A stretch of 64,000 nt of DNA from Macrostomum hystrix (taxonomy: Eukaryota > Animalia > Platyhelminthes), in contig CATNEN010000007.1 in NCBI GenBank assembly GCA_950097015.1, forward strand, positions 7,750,001 through 7,814,000. The letters are read 5' to 3'. Position numbers and translations under genes: made by a program. Below are positions 58,781 to 64,000 of the stretch, one piece after another; position 1 is the stretch's first letter; every line of letters starts with the position of its first letter. The notes beneath the pieces are model-generated. The model was given only the letters and a program-made list of their open reading frames with translations, had not been told where the DNA came from and did not search any database.

Positions 58781-59405
58781 CATAGGGTTAGCAACCAAAT
58801 TTAATGTCAAGAGACGAGACAGGAGAGGGATGAGACAGGAGAGATATGAGACAGCAGAGAGATGAGACAGGAGAGACTTGAGACAGGAGAGACATGAGAC
58901 AGGAGAGAGATGAGACAGGAGAGATATGAGACAGGAGAGAGATGAGACACGGGAGAGATGAGACGGGGAGAGACGAGACAGGGGAGAGATGAGACAGGTG
59001 AGAGATGAAACGGGGAGAGACGAGACAGGGGAGAGATGAGACAGGTGAGAGATGAAACGGGGAGAGACGAGACAGGGGAGAGATGAGACAGGTGAGAGAT
59101 GAGACGGGGAGAGACGAGACAGGGGAGAGATGAGACAGGTGAGAGATGAAACGGGGAGAGACGAGACAGGGGAGAGATGAGACAGGTGAGAGATGAGACG
59201 GGGAGAGACGAGACAGGGGAGAGATGAGACAGGAGATACTTGAGACAGGAGAGACATGAGACAGGAGAGAGATGAGATAGGAGAGTGATGAGACAGGAGA
59301 GAGATGAGACAGGAGAGTGATGAGACAGCAGAGAGATGAGGTAGATGAGACAACAGAGTAAGGGGGCAGGATTCAGGATCTCAGTCCGCATTTGCTGACC
59401 CCCTG
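58781..59405. mobile_element. Degenerate hAT-like MITE filled with a GAGACAGGAGAGAT minisatellite
   Basis: Right end TTTGCTGACCCCCTG (reverse complement CAGGGGGTCAGCAAA), left end CATAGGGTTAGCAAC; TSD not preserved. Confidence 0.55.
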
Positions 59406-59839
59406 ACCTTCACTGCAGAGTGTCTCGAGTGTCCTTAGTCAGGTTGTCTTTAAAATATTTAATGGAGCGACTAAAAAAGAGGAAAACACGTTAGAGAGGG
59501 CTGGTAAATGTTATTTTGTTCACAATGCGAGCGTATATTTTCGACGCGCAAACGCAGTAGCGACCGAGTTCGCGTGGGCATGCGCAGGAGTCCGAGAATA
59601 TTTATAAAAATAAGATTTGAGTATAGCAACATGAGTATACAGAATAGCATCGGATTTATTTACTACAATTCAGGAAGTATTGCAGAACCTTCATGCTAAT
59701 TTTGTACGCAAGTGGAGAAAATATTGAAACTGAGCGAAAATCTGGCTAATGAAGGAGCTAATGACAGGTGGGGAAAAGTTTCTGAAGACAGCACCAATTA
59801 GCAGTCTGTGAGTTCGCGGCAGCTGCCGTGGGGCTAGGT

Positions 59840-60096
59840 TTACAGGCAATTCGTTGGCTGGCACAGGTGCTGCTGCTGCTGCTGATGCTGATAATAGGGC
59901 GAGCCCGAACTCAAGTCCGGCTCTGCCCCAGAGTTCACTGCGGCAGCTGCGGCGGCCGCGGCGGCGGCGGCGGCGGCAGCGGAGAAGAGGTCCGGCTGCT
60001 GCGACATAGCCGCAGGTCCTGGGTAGGCGGCGCCGGTCCCCCAGTGATAAGCCACGGCGCCGGGGTAGCCGCTGTAGGCCGCGAAGTGGCTGGCCA

Positions 60097-60128
<32 letters not shown>

Positions 60129-62029
60129 ATCGGATAGCCACCTGTCATATCTGGGTGCTGAAACTGGTACTGGTGCGCTGGCTGCTGATACCATTGATTG
60201 TAGTCAAACAAGTGAAGCTGCTGCTGCTGCTGCTGCTGCTGATGGAGCTGGTCATCGATGTTGGCTGCTGGCGAGTGGCAGGCAAACTGTTGCAGTTGAT
60301 GCTGCTGGTGCTGCAGCTGGTGCAGCTGGTGCTGGTGCTGGTGATAATGCATCTCAGAGTCGGCATCCGCATCAGATTTATTAGGAGTGCCGCAGAGCTG
60401 GTGGTGCTGCAGCTGCAGCTGGAGCTGGCTGTCCATCTGGTCAGGCGCGGGCGACTCAGCCACCATTGAGTAGCGGTTTAGAAGGCCGAACGGAGCCGGC
60501 GACTTCTCATCTGACGCTGTCTCAGCTCCGGCCTCCAAAGCGGACGGCATCGGCGGCAGCGCATGGCCGGATTTGCGACGGAAGCCGCGTGGCCTGCGAC
60601 GATAGCTGCCGTCCTCCAGGATGAACTCCGCCTGCTGGTCGATGGTCCAGTAGTGGCCCTTGCCTGGCCTGCCCACGCCTGCTGGTGTGCGTTTGGGGCG
60701 CTCAGATGCTACTTCGGTCTTTGTTTTGGGGATCTCAGACTTACTAGAATTTGGGATTGAGAGGATCTGGGTTTTCCTGGATTTGAGGATCTGGGATTTC
60801 CTGGATTTGAGGATCTGGGATTTCCTGGATTTGAGGATCTGGGTTTCCTGGAGTTGGTGATCTGGGATTTCTTTGAGATGAGGATCTGGGATTTCTTTGA
60901 GATGAGGATCTGGGATTTCCTGGAGTTGAGGATCTCGGATTTCGAGCTAGTTGGGGATCTGGAAAATCGGATATTAGGAACAGGGATATTTAGAGTTCAG
61001 GAATGCATGTGCGAAGTTATCTCGGAACTTTAAACCTCGTTCTGATTCCGATTTTCGAATGTGAAATTTATAAAAGGCTAATTTAACGCATTGCGTGGAT
61101 CAAAGGGGTCACTGGGAAATCTTTCAGCACCAGTGTGCGTCAGTAGCTCGCGGCTGTCACCTGAGCATCAAATCAATTCAGACGCTCCGAGTGCTTTCAC
61201 AATCTGCAAGACTTTCCACAATAGCCAAACCGGGCGCCACTGGCACCTGGAGAGGCCCTACCGCATTTGGTGGCTCTGATGGCACAGTCAGCCCCCTGGC
61301 TGGCTAATGGGGGGCTGATTGCGCACACTTGACTGGGGAGTTGCTGGGCTGGGGAGCCGGGCGTTGGGACGCGGGACAGCAGCTGCGACGCGGCCCTTTG
61401 GTTTATTTTGTCTTCAAATCCCGCGCCCAAATTTCCCACATTGATTTTCGCTGTCCACTTCAGAGCAGCCTTCGAACTGTTGCGCTCTACATGGGGCACA
61501 TGCGCTCCCCACCCCGTTCTCCCTGTTGCCAAGGGGAAATGGGAACAACAGGAAGCGGTGGGAAAACAACCCGGATTCTCGGGAGCTTCCTCTAATTCTA
61601 ATCAAGGTGGGAGATCGGACTGTCGCTGATAAGAGCTTTTTTGTCGGCTGCTCATTTTTATGACCCGCGCTGTAAATCAGAGCTGTCTGAGGCCCCGCGC
61701 ATATGATTAGAGGGCATAGATCATTCAAGGACCACCGGATAATAGATAATAGATTTGCTTTGTTGAAAACTAACTAATTTGTGAAACAAACGAGTTCATA
61801 AAAATGTCAGGCCGCTCACCCTTGGGCAGCTTGATGAAGCACTCGTTCAGCGACAGGTTGTGCCTGACTGAGTTCTTCCAGCCCTGGTATTGGCCGCGGA
61901 AGAACTCAAAGTTAGCCTGCAGGTAATTGTAGATCTCAGCCAAGGTGCAGCGCTTCTGCGGTGTGGCCTGGATGGCCATCACAATCAGCGCGATGTAGCT
62001 GTACGGCGGCTTCTCCGACCGGCGACCGC
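59840..62029 (-). CDS. FoxF: Forkhead box F transcription factor, 5'-partial; exons 62029-61820 and 60678-59840
   Basis: [16 protein letters not shown]...[24 protein letters not shown]|[13 protein letters not shown]...[13 protein letters not shown] is FoxF-diagnostic; Q/H/A-rich tail; upstream exon not identified. Confidence 0.9.
60758..60940. repeat. 24-bp minisatellite in a FoxF intron
   Basis: GAGGATCTGGGATTTCCTGGATTT. Confidence 0.9.
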
Positions 62030-62053
62030 CTGTGTGCGTTTGAGGGAGAGTTT

Positions 62054-62431
62054 TAAGGATGCAGAGGTGAGATTCTGAAGGATGCAGAGGTGAGATTCTT
62101 AAGGATGCAGAGGTGAGATTCTGAAGGATGCAGAGGTGAGATTCTGAAGGATGCAGAGGTGAGATTCTGAAGGATGCAGAGGTGAGATTCTGAAGGATGC
62201 AGAGGTGAGATTCTGAAGGATGCAGAGGTGAGATTCTGAAGGATGCAGAGGTGAGATTCTGAAGGATGCAGAGGTGAGATTCTGAAGGATGCAGAGGTGA
62301 GATTCTTAAGGATGCAGAGGTGAGATTCTTAAGGATGCAGAGGTGAGATTCTGAAGGATGCAGAGGTGAGATTCTGAAGGATGCAGAGGTGAGATTCTGA
62401 AGGATGCAGAGGTGAGATTCTGAAGGATGCA
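62054..62431. repeat. 23-bp minisatellite adjacent to a FoxF acceptor
   Basis: GAAGGATGCAGAGGTGAGATTCT, about 16 copies. Confidence 0.95.
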
Positions 62432-63061
62432 AATGAGAGATGGTAAACAGGCAAACTAAAATTCTGGCACAGTCAATTGTAATTCCCTGATTAGCAACCG
62501 GTGATATGAATCTGCCATCAAGAATAAAATTCTGTCAAAATGAAAATTACGAGTAAGGCGGGCCGTATCCGCCTTTGAATGCCCAACTGAACGCTGTCAG
62601 TGTCAAACGCTGGATACCCAAGCAACAAGCAAGTTGGTCCCCTGGGGGCCAAGGAGAGAGTGAAGCTAGTTGTGTGCTGAAGATTTGCTGCCCAGATCTG
62701 GATGCAGTCGGGCCCCCGCCTCGCGTACCACGGCCGAAGGTTTTGAAATTTCGACAGGAAGAAGGCAAGAGCGGATTTGAAAAGCCGCAAAATTTTGGAC
62801 CGATTTTATCTATCGTGGCACACAGATTAATATGGCTCAGAGTCAAAGGCTGCGAGCTGCGACAAAATAAGTGGCTAAAACTGGCAACTGCGCCATACAA
62901 ATGGCAGGGCTGGACACACTTCCTGTGCATTGTAACCCACCCCAGGCAATGCATTGTGCATGCATGCATATCAGCTGCAGAATCCGGCGCTGAGGGCTCA
63001 GTGAAGATGATCTTCTATTGGCTAATTATGGCCTTATTTCTTAATTTAGACTAGGAAAGAT

Positions 63062-64000
63062 GATTGCAGGGTGAAGAGTGAAGATTGGAGGGTGAAGAGT
63101 GAAGATTGCAGGGTGAAGAGTGAAGATTGGAGGGTGAAGAGTGAAGATTGCAGGGTGAAGAGTGAAGATTGCAGGGTGAAGAGTGAAGATTGCAGGGTGA
63201 AGAGTGAAGATTGGAGGGTGAAGAGTGAAGATTGCAGGGTGAAGAGTGAAGATTGGAGGGTGAAGAGTGAAGATTGCAGGGTGAAGAGTGAAGATTGCAG
63301 GGTGAAGAGTGAAGATTTGAGGGTGAAGGGTGAAGATGGCAGGGTGAAGAGTGAAGATTGGAGGGTGAAGAGTGAAGATTGCAGGGTGAAGAGTGAAGAT
63401 TGCAGGGTGAAGAGTGAAGATTGCAGGGTGAAGAGTGAAGATTTGGAGGGTGAAGAGTGAAGATTGCAGGGTGAAGAGTGAAGATTGCAGGGTGAAGAGT
63501 GAAGATTTGAGGGTGAAGGGTGAAGATTGGAGGGTGAAGAGTGAAGATTGCAGGGTGAAGAGTGAAGATTGGAGGGTGAAGAGTGAAGATTGCAGGGTGA
63601 AGAGTGAAGATTGCAGGGTGAAGAGTGAAGATTGCAGGGTGAAGAGTGATGATTGCAGGGTGAAGAGTGAAGATTGCAGGGTGAAGAGTGAAGATTGCAG
63701 GGTGAAGAGTGAAGATTGCAGGGTGAAGAGTGAAGATTGCAGGGTGAAGAGTGAAGATTGGAGGGTGAAGAGTGAAGATTGCAGGGTGAAGAGTGAAGAT
63801 TGCAGGGTGAAGAGTGAAGATTGCAGGGTGAAGAGTGAAGATTGGAGGGTGAAGAGTGAAGATTGGAGGGTGAAGAGTGAAGATTGGAGGGTGAAGAGTG
63901 AAGATTGGAGGGTGAAGTGTGAAGATTGCAGGGTGAAGAGTGAAGATTGCAGGGTGAAGAGTGAAGATTGGAGGGTGAAGAGTGAAGATTGGAGGGTGAA
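63062..64000. repeat. 21-bp minisatellite running off the window end
   Basis: GGGTGAAGAGTGAAGATTGCA/GA. Confidence 0.95.

Noticed and set aside
28894-63460. Long ORFs over tandem arrays (e.g. 28894, 30232-32960, 36501, 36673, 45136-46265, 56416-57245, 57490, 58742, 63071)
   Set aside because: They are open in several frames and on both strands because the units lack stops, and most lie inside introns of identifiable genes.

Overview
Eukaryotic (metazoan) genomic DNA with spliceosomal GT-AG introns, GC-rich exons and unusually dense minisatellites. This style resembles a free-living flatworm such as Macrostomum, but that is inference only. The AT-rich left part (1-26 kb) is dominated by mobile DNA. 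It holds five non-autonomous deletion derivatives of one Helitron family: four fused head-to-tail at precise CTAG|TC junctions (4416-13149) and a fifth (14064-16336) probably nested in a solo LTR. Four of the five carry the same nested hAT MITE, and several other MITEs and tRNA-derived SINEs are present. Genes in order: VIPAS39/SPE-39 (+), DCAF12 (+), SRSF7/9G8-like (+), EZH2/E(z) (+), FHL-type LIM protein (+), an orphan Cys-rich single-TM protein (-), a divergent actin-like protein (-), an intronless class A peptide-type GPCR (+), a myristoylated EF-hand neuronal calcium sensor-like gene (+) and FoxF (-, 5' part not found). About 15 distinct tandem arrays (14-50 bp units) lie in introns or next to genes. 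Most notable: (1) the heterogeneous Helitron train, suggesting self-targeted re-insertion at its own 5' end; (2) a 150-bp EZH2 exon fragment pasted into a SINE head 9.5 kb downstream; (3) minisatellites that start at or carry splice sites, with a top-strand purine bias independent of gene orientation; (4) a 2.7-kb GA-rich array in the last intron of the SR-protein gene.
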